From assembly GCA_963752285.1 (NCBI GenBank), contig CAVVXN010000005.1:320001-384000 (forward strand): a stretch of 64,000 nucleotides of DNA, in the 5' to 3' direction. Made by a program: the position numbers and the translations under genes. Below, in pieces: positions 52,658-62,484 of this stretch. The DNA comes from an uncultured Planctomycetota bacterium. GTDB lineage: Bacteria > Planctomycetota > PLA2 > JAEUHO01. The notes below the pieces were generated by a model that saw only the letters and a list, made by a program, of their open reading frames with translations, was not told where the DNA came from and searched no databases. Position 1 is the stretch's first letter. Each line of letters opens with the position of its first letter.

Positions 52658-52931
52658 CCACCGGCTCCTCGGCAGGGGGGGCAGGCCCGGCGGCCGGCCC
52701 ACGAGCCCCCGCCCGGACGGGGCCACGCCGGGCGGCATCCGCGCGCCCGGAGCCAGGATAGGCCGCGCCGCCGCCGGGCGGCCCCGCGAGATCCCGAACC
52801 GGAACGAAGGACTCTGGTGGACCCGACACCGCCCGGGTAGGAATGCCGCGCCCACGCGTCGTGGGCCCGCCCCGTCGGGGTGGAAACGGTCGTGACCCCC
52901 GTGTCGGGCGGTCCAGGGGAGGTACGTGAGA

Positions 52932-53492
52932 ATGCTCGAGACCAGAACGCATCGTCGTTCACGCACGCGCGGTTTCACGCTGATCGAGCTGCTCGTCGTG
53001 ATCGCGATCATCGCGATCCTGATCGGGCTGCTGCTGCCGGCCGTCCAGAAGGTCCGGGAGGCCGCGGGCCGCATGTCGGAGACGAACAGCGACGTCCTGA
53101 CGAGCACGGCGTCGCAGGTGGCCGATCTCGCCGACGACGTGCAGACGTCGGCGGCGGATCTCCGCGACGGGTTGCTCCTTCCTGCGATCCAGGGAACGGA
53201 CTTCGGGGCGGACGACCTCGGGGCGTTCCTCGACGAGAACCAGCGGCAGCGCGAGACCGTCGCACAGATCCTGCCGAACCTCGCGCCGGGCAACTTCGCC
53301 CACGCGAGCCGGGAGGTCAAGGCGACGGCGCGCGACGCCCGTCAGGCGCTCCACGAGCTCGACGTCGCGTTGCACCAGATGGCGATCCGGATGCGGTTCC
53401 TCCGGCGCGTGCTCTCGAACGACGACGGGAACGACGACGCCGACGGGAGCGACGACGACGGCGACGACGGGAACCCGACCGGCGCGAACTGA
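52932..53492 (+). CDS. Prepilin-type N-terminal cleavage/methylation protein 1
   Basis: [33 protein letters not shown]. Confidence 0.9.
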   Translation: MLETRTHRRSRTRGFTLIELLVVIAIIAILIGLLLPAVQKVREAAGRMSETNSDVLTSTASQVADLADDVQTSAADLRDGLLLPAIQGTDFGADDLGAFLDENQRQRETVAQILPNLAPGNFAHASREVKATARDARQALHELDVALHQMAIRMRFLRRVLSNDDGNDDADGSDDDGDDGNPTGAN

Positions 53493-53717
53493 CGCGTCGG
53501 GGCGCCGAACCCGGCCCCCGCCGGGGGCGAGAGCCCGGGCGAAGGCGCCCGGGCTCCGCCCGCTTGGCCCTCCCAGCCTTCCCGGACGAAGGACTCTGGC
53601 CGAACCTCCGTCCGAGGGGTATTCCACTCCTCCCGCCCCTCGGCGGGGCCGCCTCCCCGGGAGGCGACGGTTCCGAGCGGTCCCCGACTCGGGGCGCTCT
53701 CGGGGAGGTATGTAGAG

Positions 53718-54230
53718 ATGAGAGGAATCCTGGAACGCCCGCGCGTCCGTGCGCGGGGCTTCACGCTGATCGAGCTGCTCGTCGTGATCGCGATCATCGC
53801 GATCCTGATCGGACTGCTGCTGCCGGCCGTCCAGAAGGTCCGCGAGGCGGCGTCGCGGATGTCGCAGTCGAACAACGAGGTGCTGGCGGGGCTCTCCGCC
53901 CAGATGCTGGACGTCGCGGACGGAGTGCAGTCGGCGGGCGAGGACATCCGCGACGGACTGCTCCTTCCCGCGATCCAGCAGGGGGACATCAGCCCGGACG
54001 TCCTGAGCAAGCTCCTTCCGGCCATCCAGCGCCAGCAGGAGTCGATCGACCAGATCCTGCCGTACATCGAGCAGTCCTCGTTCACGGGGCTCACCCGCGA
54101 CGAGCGCACGTCGCTGCTGCTGGCGCGGAGGGCGCTCCACCAGATGCAGGTGGGCCTCCGTCAGGTGGAGGTGAGACTGCAGTTCCTGCAGGGGCTGTTC
54201 GGAGACGGGAGCGTTCTCACCGCCAACTGA
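53718..54230 (+). CDS. Prepilin-type protein 2 (tandem paralog)
   Basis: Identical pilin leader and similar helical body. Confidence 0.9.
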   Translation: MRGILERPRVRARGFTLIELLVVIAIIAILIGLLLPAVQKVREAASRMSQSNNEVLAGLSAQMLDVADGVQSAGEDIRDGLLLPAIQQGDISPDVLSKLLPAIQRQQESIDQILPYIEQSSFTGLTRDERTSLLLARRALHQMQVGLRQVEVRLQFLQGLFGDGSVLTAN

Positions 54231-54251
54231 GCGACCTCGGTCGAGGCCGTC

Positions 54252-54767
54252 TCAGCTCATGTGGTCGTAGCGTTCGGGCTCGTCGTCCAGGACGACGAGC
54301 TCGACGCCCGCCTCCCGGAGCAGGCCCACGCTGTCGTGGTCCGCGTGGTAGCGCCGGAGGCAGACGACCTTTCGGATGCCCGCGTTGATCAGGAGCTTCG
54401 TGCAGTCGAGGCACGGGGTCATCCGGGTGTAGATCGTCGCGCCGTCGATGGGGGGGCCGAACCGCGCCGCCTGCGCGATGGCGTTCGCCTCGGCGTGCGT
54501 CGTCCGGACGCAGTGCTTGTGCTGTCCGCCGCGCTCGTCGTACGACACCTTGATGAGGTGCCCCACCTCGTCACAGGTCGGGAGGCCCGCCGGCGCGCCG
54601 ACGTAGCCCGTCGCGATGACGCGCTTGTCCTTCACGATCACGGCGGCGGCGCGCCCGCGGTCGCAGTTCGCGCGCTTCGCGACCGTCTCCATGATCTCGA
54701 GGAAGTACGCCTGCCATTCGGGGCGGTGGTGATCCGGGTTCTGACCGTAGACGAGGTCCTCAGCCAT
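54252..54767 (-). CDS. dCMP deaminase family protein
   Basis: RPEWQAYF, HAEANAI, PCLDC. Confidence 0.9.
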   Translation of the reverse strand: MAEDLVYGQNPDHHRPEWQAYFLEIMETVAKRANCDRGRAAAVIVKDKRVIATGYVGAPAGLPTCDEVGHLIKVSYDERGGQHKHCVRTTHAEANAIAQAARFGPPIDGATIYTRMTPCLDCTKLLINAGIRKVVCLRRYHADHDSVGLLREAGVELVVLDDEPERYDHMS

Positions 54768-55353
54768 CGATCCCATCCAGGAGCGCGACGACCCGCCGCT
54801 CGAGGTCCTCGAGCGAGCCGTCGTTCTCGATCACGTGGTCGGCCTCGGCGATGGTCGCCTCGAGCTGCTGCGAGGTCGGGTCGCTGCCGTTCTCCCGGGC
54901 CTCCAGGGCGAGGAAGGCCTCGAGTGTCGCGGGCGCGCCCTCACGCCGCCCGCGGACGTGCTCGCGCTCGAAACGCACCTCCGGAGAGGCCGTGACGGCG
55001 AGGAGGTGGAAGCCCGGAAGACCGCGGAGCGAGGCGACCTCGGCCCGGTTCCGCACGCTGACGAGGCACACGCGGTCGCCCGCGATCCTTCGCTTCATCC
55101 GCTCCGCGAGGGCGGCCGGCCCCTCGTGCCGGCGAAGCTCGTTCCCCACCGCGATCAACGCCTCGCGCGTGATGGGCCGGCCGCGGTCCCTCAGCTCGTC
55201 GCGGAGCGCGTCCGAGAGGCTCAGGCGCGCGAACCCCCGACGCTCGAGCACGTCGGCGACGGAGTCCTTGCCCGCGCAGTTCTTGCCCGTGATGCCGAGG
55301 ACGATGATGGGGGCCTCCCAGAGGCGCCATGGGATACCCGACCCCGCCGACAC
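54760..55353 (-). CDS. P-loop nucleoside-monophosphate/dephospho-CoA-kinase-like protein
   Basis: GITGKNCAGKD, VRNRAEV, ADHVIENDGSLEDL. Confidence 0.85.
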   Translation of the reverse strand: MSAGSGIPWRLWEAPIIVLGITGKNCAGKDSVADVLERRGFARLSLSDALRDELRDRGRPITREALIAVGNELRRHEGPAALAERMKRRIAGDRVCLVSVRNRAEVASLRGLPGFHLLAVTASPEVRFEREHVRGRREGAPATLEAFLALEARENGSDPTSQQLEATIAEADHVIENDGSLEDLERRVVALLDGIDG

Positions 55354-55383
55354 CGTCCCGGCCCGCGGGGGACCGGCCGTCGT

Positions 55384-56739
55384 CTACCCGTCCCGCCCGC
55401 GGTGCGCCTCCCAGAACGCGCGGATCGCGCCCACGGCGGTCCGGCGCGTCTCTTCCGGGGCGTCGGGGGCCCAGCCCGTCGCGGCGAACGAGATCGTGCG
55501 GTAGGGGAAGAGGGCCGCGAGGACGCCCTCGAGCCGCTTCCCGGCCTCGGTGCGCACGCCGACGTGCGGGTCCTCGAGGGCGTCGAGGAGGGGTTCCACC
55601 GCCGCGTCCTCGCGAAAGCCCCCGAGAATGCGTGCGGCCTCCACGCGCTCGGCGGGGGCGCCCTTCGCGAGGGCCAGGAGGACCACCGGGAGGCCCGCGT
55701 CGTCGTCCCGGCGTCGCAGGGCCTCCGCCGCCCAGAGCCGGCGCGAGACGCTCGGCTGCTCGAGGAGGGGACGGAGGGTCTCGCCGGTCAGGGGACCTGC
55801 GAGCGCGACGAGGGCGTCGAACGCGGCGCGCGCCACGGTCGTGTTTCGGTGGGAGACGAGCTTCTGGAGCGCGGGCCGCGCGTTCGTGTCGTGGTACCGG
55901 GCGAGGACGCCGATCCACCGGACGGCGATCCATGGGCTCGGCTCGACCGCCAGGCGTTCCGCCACCGCGTCGAGCACGACGGGAGGCACGCGAGCGAGCG
56001 GTTCGAGCAGCTCCTCCACGACCGCGAGCTCCGCGAGACCGATGCCCGCAGCGATCGCCTTCGCGAGGTCGTCGGCGCGTGGCGCGAGGCCCATGCGGAG
56101 GAGGTACGCCGCGCCCATCGCGCGTACGCCCGCGCGGGGATCGGAGAGCAACCGCGTCGCGCGGACCATCGTCGCGCGGTCCTGGCGGATCTGCATGCGC
56201 CGGAGGACGGCCGCGACGACCGCGATCGGCTGTCCCGGGGCCACGAGGGACCGCGCGGCGTCGAGCGCTTCGGGCGGAGACGCGGTCGGCAGACGGGCCA
56301 GCATCCAGAGGCGGGGCGTCTGGGGCACGTCGGGCGCCGTGAGCGCCGCCACCAGCACGGGCCGCGCGTTCTCGTCGCCGTGCCCCACGAGCTGCGTCGC
56401 GGCCGCGAAGCGGAGGTACGGCGACGACGCGTCCAGGAGCGCCCGCCACGCGCGGCGCGAGGCCTCGTACGGATACGCGTCGAGCACGAGTACGCCGTAG
56501 TACTGCGCGACGTCGTCGAAGCCGGGCAGCGCGCGCGCGAGGAGGGCGGGAGCCTCGGGTGGCCTTCCCCGCACGAGCGCCCCGTACGCCCGGCTGCGAA
56601 CCTGCGCATCGGGGTCGCCGAGGTCGCGGACCGAGTCGGCCACGGACCCGGCGAGGGCGGGGCGCGCCCAGGCCCCGAGCAGCAGGAGGGCCGCCCCGAG
56701 GGCGAGCGGGATGCGGGCGGCGCGCGACCGGGCGTCCAC
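55384..56739 (-). CDS. Secreted HEAT-repeat protein
   Basis: Repeats such as LGDPDAQVR and ALEDPHVGVR. Confidence 0.8.
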   Translation of the reverse strand: MDARSRAARIPLALGAALLLLGAWARPALAGSVADSVRDLGDPDAQVRSRAYGALVRGRPPEAPALLARALPGFDDVAQYYGVLVLDAYPYEASRRAWRALLDASSPYLRFAAATQLVGHGDENARPVLVAALTAPDVPQTPRLWMLARLPTASPPEALDAARSLVAPGQPIAVVAAVLRRMQIRQDRATMVRATRLLSDPRAGVRAMGAAYLLRMGLAPRADDLAKAIAAGIGLAELAVVEELLEPLARVPPVVLDAVAERLAVEPSPWIAVRWIGVLARYHDTNARPALQKLVSHRNTTVARAAFDALVALAGPLTGETLRPLLEQPSVSRRLWAAEALRRRDDDAGLPVVLLALAKGAPAERVEAARILGGFREDAAVEPLLDALEDPHVGVRTEAGKRLEGVLAALFPYRTISFAATGWAPDAPEETRRTAVGAIRAFWEAHRGRDG

Positions 56740-56743
56740 GGCG

Positions 56744-58450
56744 TCAGCCTCCCGAAGCGGGCGTCGCGGCGCCGCCTCCGGACGAGGCGCCCGGTCGGGC
56801 GGGGCGCTCGGGGAGCGTCACCGCGGCGTCCGTGTCGGAGAGGTCGGGTTTCCGATGGGGCGTCGGACCGCCCGGACGCACGACGAGATAGAACCGCGCG
56901 AGGCCGGTCCGACGTGCCGCCAGGAGGAACGGCGTGTGGGCGTACCGCGTCTCGTACCCGTCCCACACCTCGCAGAGGCGGTCGAGCGCGGCGCGGGTCG
57001 CGGCCCCCCCCGGCAGATGGAGTTCGAGGAAGGGACGGGGACCGTGGCACAGGCTGAGCATCCGGCACCCGATCTCCTGCCAACGGGTGCCGTCCGGGTA
57101 CGGCCAGACCTCGGGCGGCTGCACGTCTTTCGCCCGCGTGGCGACCCATCTCGGGGCGACCTCCGTGGCGAACGCCTCGAACAGCACGAGGTTCGTGCGC
57201 GTGACGTAGCCGAGCAGTCGGGTCGTCTCGGCGAGGGCCCGGCAGCGATCGAGACCGCCTCCCTTCTCCTCCGCGTGACGGATCCCCGCCTCGAGCTGCT
57301 TCAGGATGACGTCCAGGGCCACGAGCAGGCGGCGCGCGTGCGCCGCCTCGCTCGGGAACGCGACCGACCACCCGAGGCCGGACCAGCCGGCGTAGGCGAG
57401 CTCCTCGACGCGGACGCCGTTGCTCGACCGGCGGAGACCGGGCTTCGCGTAGACGAGGTCGTAGCGGGCGAGCTGTTCCCACGCGTCGAGCGTCGCCTCG
57501 TAGTACGGGTCCGCGGCCTCGGTCGCGATCGCCTCCCGTCGCGACAGCGCGAGTGGGGCGAGCGCCCGGAGACGGTGCGTCTGGTACGTCTCGTTCGTCG
57601 GGACGTGGTCGCCGTCGCAGAACGGGCACGTGCCCCAGTAGGGGTCGATGCACGTGTGCGTCCGGTCGGTCACGGGGTAGTAGACGTAGACCTTCCCGGC
57701 CGTCGCCGCGGCGAGGCGCGTGAGCCCGTACATGGCGAAGCCGCTCGGCACCGAGAGCGCGCCCGGCGCGGCCTGGTAGCGGAAGCCCCACGGCAGCTCG
57801 ATGAACGCGCCCTCCGCGCCGGTGAACGTCGTGCCCTTGGGGCCCCGCGGCTGGCGGAACGCCCACCACGGATCGCTCAAGAACGCCTCGCGCGCGACGA
57901 CCGAGCACCGGACCTGTGCCCGCGAGAGGGCGCCGACCGTCGCCTCGAGGTCGTCCTCGGCGTCGCCGTTCTCGAGCGTGACGAGGACGAGCTCCCGGAG
58001 GCCCCGTTCGCGCTTGAGCACGGGCAGGACCCGGCGGACGTCCGCGTAGACGTCCTGGAAGCGCGTGGCCGGGCGCGCACAGATCTCGCGCACCGTGCGC
58101 CGCACGGCCGCGTAGTCGGAGGTCGGCGGGAGGACCGGCCGACCCTCGTCTCCGACGAGCGCCACACCGAGGCGCGTGTTGGCGAGACCGTCGGCGTCGC
58201 GCTCCATCGCCTGCTCGAGTCGCGCCGGGAGCTCGCTCTGGATCAGCGACGGGGTCACGTCCACGAGCAGGAGCACGCTGCGGCCGTCCGCACCGACGGG
58301 TCGGCTCGGGAGCAGCACGAGGTCGAGGATCTTGTCGATCGTGCGACCGCGCTCCGTGACGTCGGCCGCGGTGAGGAGGGTCTCGTTCCCCGCGCGGGCC
58401 GTGGGGGCGAGCGCGAGCGCCAGGAGGACGAGGAGGACGCGAATCCGCAC
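56744..58450 (-). CDS. Secreted VWA-like domain protein
   Basis: Signal peptide; VLLLVDVTPSL MIDAS-like; LAAATAGKVY. Confidence 0.7.
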   Translation of the reverse strand: MRIRVLLVLLALALAPTARAGNETLLTAADVTERGRTIDKILDLVLLPSRPVGADGRSVLLLVDVTPSLIQSELPARLEQAMERDADGLANTRLGVALVGDEGRPVLPPTSDYAAVRRTVREICARPATRFQDVYADVRRVLPVLKRERGLRELVLVTLENGDAEDDLEATVGALSRAQVRCSVVAREAFLSDPWWAFRQPRGPKGTTFTGAEGAFIELPWGFRYQAAPGALSVPSGFAMYGLTRLAAATAGKVYVYYPVTDRTHTCIDPYWGTCPFCDGDHVPTNETYQTHRLRALAPLALSRREAIATEAADPYYEATLDAWEQLARYDLVYAKPGLRRSSNGVRVEELAYAGWSGLGWSVAFPSEAAHARRLLVALDVILKQLEAGIRHAEEKGGGLDRCRALAETTRLLGYVTRTNLVLFEAFATEVAPRWVATRAKDVQPPEVWPYPDGTRWQEIGCRMLSLCHGPRPFLELHLPGGAATRAALDRLCEVWDGYETRYAHTPFLLAARRTGLARFYLVVRPGGPTPHRKPDLSDTDAAVTLPERPARPGASSGGGAATPASGG

Positions 58451-58559
58451 GGGGGCGGCAGGCTACCATCCCCGCGGTCGAGCGGCCACCGGACCCGGCT
58501 TCGGCGCGCGTTCCGCCGCGACGTGGCGCGGCCCCGACGACGGTTTATCCTCGGCCGCG

Positions 58560-59999
58560 ATGAGCGCCGCGCCCCGCAGGCTCGGGATCCTCCTCGCGCT
58601 CGCACTCCCGTTCCTCGCGGGTTCCCCCCCCGCGCGGGCGGACGGATGGAGCGACGCGAGGAAGGAGTTCCGCAAGGCCCAGAAGGACCCCGACTACAAG
58701 GTGCGGCAGACCTCCTACCTCCCGATCCTCGACTACGACGGGAAGGAGGCTGTCGAGGAGGTGCTCCGCGCGATGGGCCGCGAGGAGAACCCGGCGGTGC
58801 TCCTCTCGGCGATGGAGACCCTCGCGCTCTTCCAGTCGCCGAAGGCCGTCGAGGCGCTCCTCGACGCCCTCCGCTCGGCGAAGGGCGACGAGCGCCTCTA
58901 CCTCGTGATGTCGCTCGGCAAGCGCGTGGACGACGTCGGCACGAACGACCTCCTCGAGCTCGCGCGCGGCAAGGACGACATGCTCGCGGCTCAGGCCGCG
59001 CTCTCGCTGGGGCAGCGACACGTGATGGCCGCGCTGCCCGAGCTCGTAGACCTCTTGAAGTCCGACACGTGGCAGCTCCGCGCCGCCGGCGCGCGGGCCA
59101 TCCTGGCCCTCGCCGGGCCCGTGCCGGACAAGCCCAAGCCGGGGGAGAAGCCGAAGCCATTCCTGCCGGCGGGAATCGACGTCGACGTGCTCCTTCCCGT
59201 GACGGCGGAGGCCCTGGGGCTTGCGGACGGGCGGGACCGGGAGGATCTCATCGAGGTCCTGGAGCGCTTGACCGGGCGCGCCTACGGCAACGACATCGCG
59301 GCCTGGAAGGCGCTCGCCTCCGGGACCCCGCCCGCCCAGATCACGCCGCAGCCCGACCCGACGCCCTACATCTGCGGCGTCCCGATCCTCGGCCGCCGCG
59401 TCGTGATCGTGATCGACATCAGCACGTGCACCGACGACACCCATCCGTTCGGCGCCGGCGAGCGGTTGAAGGAGGTGTGCGCCGTGCCGGGGGCGCGGAA
59501 CGTCCCGTGGTACTCGATCCGCACGACGAAGCAGTTCATCGCCGCCGTGTCGAAGCGTCTCGTCCAGGACCTCCCCGCCAGCGCGAGATTCGACGTCATC
59601 GCGGACTACCAGAAGGCGGAACCGCTCTTCGGTCGCCTGACGCCCGCGAACCCCGGCAACGAGAAGAAGGCCGGCGAGTGGATCGAGGGCCTCGCGGTGC
59701 AGAACGGGCCAGACCACTACACCGCGCTGATGGCGGCGCTCGACATCTCGGGGGCCCGCAACAACATCGCCTGGTCTCTCGGTCCCGACGAGGTCGTCCT
59801 CCTCACCTGCGCCATCCCCTGGGCCCCGAAGGACCCGAACGCGATCGTCGGCCAGGACGAGGTCGGCCGGATCGTCGGGCTCAAGGCGCGCATGCGGATG
59901 GTGGCGGTCCACTCGATCGGGGTCGGGCCCCACCCCTTCGGGATGATGCGGACCATCGCGGAGCTGACCGGGGGCCGGTACGTGGACCTCTCCAAGTAG
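58560..59999 (+). CDS. HEAT-repeat + VWA domain protein
   Basis: HEAT repeats, then RRVVIVIDIS...VHSIGVG...IAELTGGRYV. Confidence 0.8.
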   Translation: MSAAPRRLGILLALALPFLAGSPPARADGWSDARKEFRKAQKDPDYKVRQTSYLPILDYDGKEAVEEVLRAMGREENPAVLLSAMETLALFQSPKAVEALLDALRSAKGDERLYLVMSLGKRVDDVGTNDLLELARGKDDMLAAQAALSLGQRHVMAALPELVDLLKSDTWQLRAAGARAILALAGPVPDKPKPGEKPKPFLPAGIDVDVLLPVTAEALGLADGRDREDLIEVLERLTGRAYGNDIAAWKALASGTPPAQITPQPDPTPYICGVPILGRRVVIVIDISTCTDDTHPFGAGERLKEVCAVPGARNVPWYSIRTTKQFIAAVSKRLVQDLPASARFDVIADYQKAEPLFGRLTPANPGNEKKAGEWIEGLAVQNGPDHYTALMAALDISGARNNIAWSLGPDEVVLLTCAIPWAPKDPNAIVGQDEVGRIVGLKARMRMVAVHSIGVGPHPFGMMRTIAELTGGRYVDLSK

Positions 60000-60166
60000 G
60001 CGGGGGGCCGGACCCGCGCGCCCGGACCGTTCGGGCCGGTTCGGTACGGGTTCCCATCCGGGGGCCGGGAGAGGCCCCGGGGCGGGCGGCCGGGAGCCCC
60101 GGTCGTAGGAGCCGCGACGGGGGGGGTGCTAGACTTCATCTGGACCCATCCCGAAGGGAGAGGACC

Positions 60167-61219
60167 ATGTCGCGATTCCTCGTGTCCCTCGCCGCGCTCG
60201 CCGTCCTGGTGCTCGCGCTTCCCCTCGCCCGGGCCGACGACCCGCCCGCCGCCGCCCCGGGGGCGCCGGCCGCGTCGCCTCCCGCCGCCGCACCGGCGGC
60301 GCGCCCGCGACCGCCGATCGCGAGCGACGAGGAGGCCGCGCGCGCGCTCGAGAGGTTCGCCGATGACTTCCGCGCGCGCGGGCTCACGGGCGAGGACAAG
60401 ATGAGCCAGCGCGACTATGCGATGTCGAACCTCGCGAAGGTCCAGCATCCCGACGTCGTGAAGGCCCTCGCGAAGATCGCGCGGTCGCCGGACGACACGC
60501 TGAAGACCCTGGCGACGATCTACCTGGGCGAGCAGCGCGCCCTGCCCGGCATCGCGGGGCCCGAGGTGGTGCACGTCCTGCTCCGCAACGAGAAGGACGA
60601 CGTCCTCGTGCTGTCCGCGCTGGAGAGCCTGGGCAACCTCGGGTATCTCGGCGCCACGGAGGAGATCGCGGACCTGCTCGTCAGCAAGGAGTTCGCGGTC
60701 CGCAAGGCGGCGGTGGGGACGGTCGGAGAGCTTCACGACATGCGCCTCTGGAAGGAGGTCGCCAAGCTCGCGGGCGTGTCCATTCGCTCCGGCGACAAGG
60801 TCGCGTCCGGATCGGACAAGCAGAACAGCAAGGAGGAGGTCACCGAGGAGGGGTGGTCGTACGACGGCGTCGAGGTGACGTACGACACGGGGGCCTCCGG
60901 CGACTCCGACCAGAAGATGGCCGAGCAGATCGGGCGCGAGAAGCTCGCGCAGAACAAGGCGCAGGCGCAGTCGGGGGCGCACGGCGGGCACGGGGGTAGC
61001 AGCGGCGGCGGTGCGACGCGCGGAGGCGTGGCGCGCGACCCGAAGGAGCTCCTGCCGTACGTCCTCGCGACGCTGTACAAGCTCACGGGCGAGCAGTTCA
61101 ACTCCCCGCACGAGGTCGCGCAGTGGATCATCAAGCACCGCGACGTGATCGACCAGAAGGTCGAGGACCTCGAGGCCCAGGCGAAGGCGCAGAAGGACGA
61201 CGCGAAGGCCCAGAAGTAG
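60167..61219 (+). CDS. Secreted HEAT-repeat protein
   Basis: Signal peptide, Pro/Ala linker, HEAT-like helices. Confidence 0.75.
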   Translation: MSRFLVSLAALAVLVLALPLARADDPPAAAPGAPAASPPAAAPAARPRPPIASDEEAARALERFADDFRARGLTGEDKMSQRDYAMSNLAKVQHPDVVKALAKIARSPDDTLKTLATIYLGEQRALPGIAGPEVVHVLLRNEKDDVLVLSALESLGNLGYLGATEEIADLLVSKEFAVRKAAVGTVGELHDMRLWKEVAKLAGVSIRSGDKVASGSDKQNSKEEVTEEGWSYDGVEVTYDTGASGDSDQKMAEQIGREKLAQNKAQAQSGAHGGHGGSSGGGATRGGVARDPKELLPYVLATLYKLTGEQFNSPHEVAQWIIKHRDVIDQKVEDLEAQAKAQKDDAKAQK

Positions 61220-61352
61220 CGCCCGGACCTGTTCCCGGCGGAGGGCCGCGGCGGCGCGCGCCTCGAGGGGCAGGCTGCGCCCGCCCCGCGCGCCTGCGTA
61301 CGATCCGACCGCCGCGGCCCCCGCCGGCCGGGCCGGCTCGGGAGGCGCGATC

Positions 61353-61739
61353 ATGACGGACCGGGTCTCGGTGCTCCAGCTGATCCCCACGTTCCACGTG
61401 CGGGACGTCGAGAAGGCGGCGGCCTGGTACCGAGACGTGATGGGCTGGGACGTTCGCTTCGTGGACGCTCCCCACTACGCCGGCGTCGAGACGTGTGGCC
61501 TGCGGCTCCACCTCGCTCGTTGGCAGTGGCCGGGCGAACCGCCTCCCGGGCAGGCGTACGTGCTCCTGGAGGACGGGGTGGACGCGTACCACCAGCGGCT
61601 CCTCTCGCGTGGCGCGACCTTTCACCAGGCACCGACGGACCAACCCTACGGGCTTCGGGAGTGCAACCTCCGGGACCCCGACGGCAACTACCTCCACGTG
61701 GGGCAGCCCCTACGGGGGGAGGGGGCGCCAGGGGCCTGA
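61353..61739 (+). CDS. VOC/glyoxalase family protein
   Basis: VRDVEKAAAWYRDVMG...DQPYGLRECNLRDPDGN. Confidence 0.9.
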   Translation: MTDRVSVLQLIPTFHVRDVEKAAAWYRDVMGWDVRFVDAPHYAGVETCGLRLHLARWQWPGEPPPGQAYVLLEDGVDAYHQRLLSRGATFHQAPTDQPYGLRECNLRDPDGNYLHVGQPLRGEGAPGA

Positions 61740-61764
61740 CTGGACCCCGCTCCTGCGGAGCGGA

Positions 61765-62484
61765 CTAGGCGAGCTCCCGGCGGGCCCTCTCGAGGTCGGA
61801 GAGACGGCCGACGTCGATCCAGCGGCAACCGTCCACGCGGTGCGCGCGCACGGTCCCGGGTCTCGCCGCGAGCCTCGTGTACGGATCGAGGATCGAGAAC
61901 GCGCCGCGCTCGGACACCTCGTCGAGGAAGTCCGGGGAGATGACGTGCACGCCGGCGAACGCGAGGCGCACGACCTCACCCTCTCGCTCGCGGGCCTCGG
62001 TCCGAAGCGCCCGCTCGTCGTCCACCCGCCCGAGGAGGCCGGCGTCGTCGAAGAGCAGTCCCCGCGCCGAGGGTCGGTCCATGACCGCCACCGTGGCGCG
62101 CGCTCCCGACCGGAGGTGGTCGGCGTAGAGCGCGCCGAGGTCGAGGTCGGTCAGGACGTCCACGTTGTGCGCGAAGAACGGCGCGTCGAGCCGCAGGTGC
62201 GGCGCCGCGTGAAGGAGACCCCCGCCGGTCTCGAGGGGGCCGTCCTCTTCGTACGACAGCCGCACGTCGGTCCCGAATCCGCGCCGTCGGGCGACCTCCG
62301 CGCGAACGAGGTCCGGGAAGCCGTGGACGTTGACCACGAGCCGGTCCGCGCCAGCGGCGACGAGGCGCTCGGCCACGCGGCGGAGCAGCGTCTTCCCCCC
62401 GACCTCGACGAGCGCCTTCGGGCACCGGTCCGTCACGGGGCGGAGGCGCGTTCCGTGTCCCGCCGCGAGGATCAGGGCGTCCAC
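61765..62484 (-). CDS. murU: Nucleotidyltransferase, MurU-like
   Basis: ILAAGHGTRLRPVTDRCPKALV, LETGGG, NVD, WIDVG; downstream of the AmgK-like gene. Confidence 0.75.
   Translation of the reverse strand: MDALILAAGHGTRLRPVTDRCPKALVEVGGKTLLRRVAERLVAAGADRLVVNVHGFPDLVRAEVARRRGFGTDVRLSYEEDGPLETGGGLLHAAPHLRLDAPFFAHNVDVLTDLDLGALYADHLRSGARATVAVMDRPSARGLLFDDAGLLGRVDDERALRTEAREREGEVVRLAFAGVHVISPDFLDEVSERGAFSILDPYTRLAARPGTVRAHRVDGCRWIDVGRLSDLERARRELA

Noticed and set aside
42583..61219. Very long alternative ORFs (42583..46155, 48839..52840, 48705..51893, 5' part of 56711..61219)
   Set aside because: Antisense or off-frame shadows of well-supported genes, as expected in high-GC DNA.
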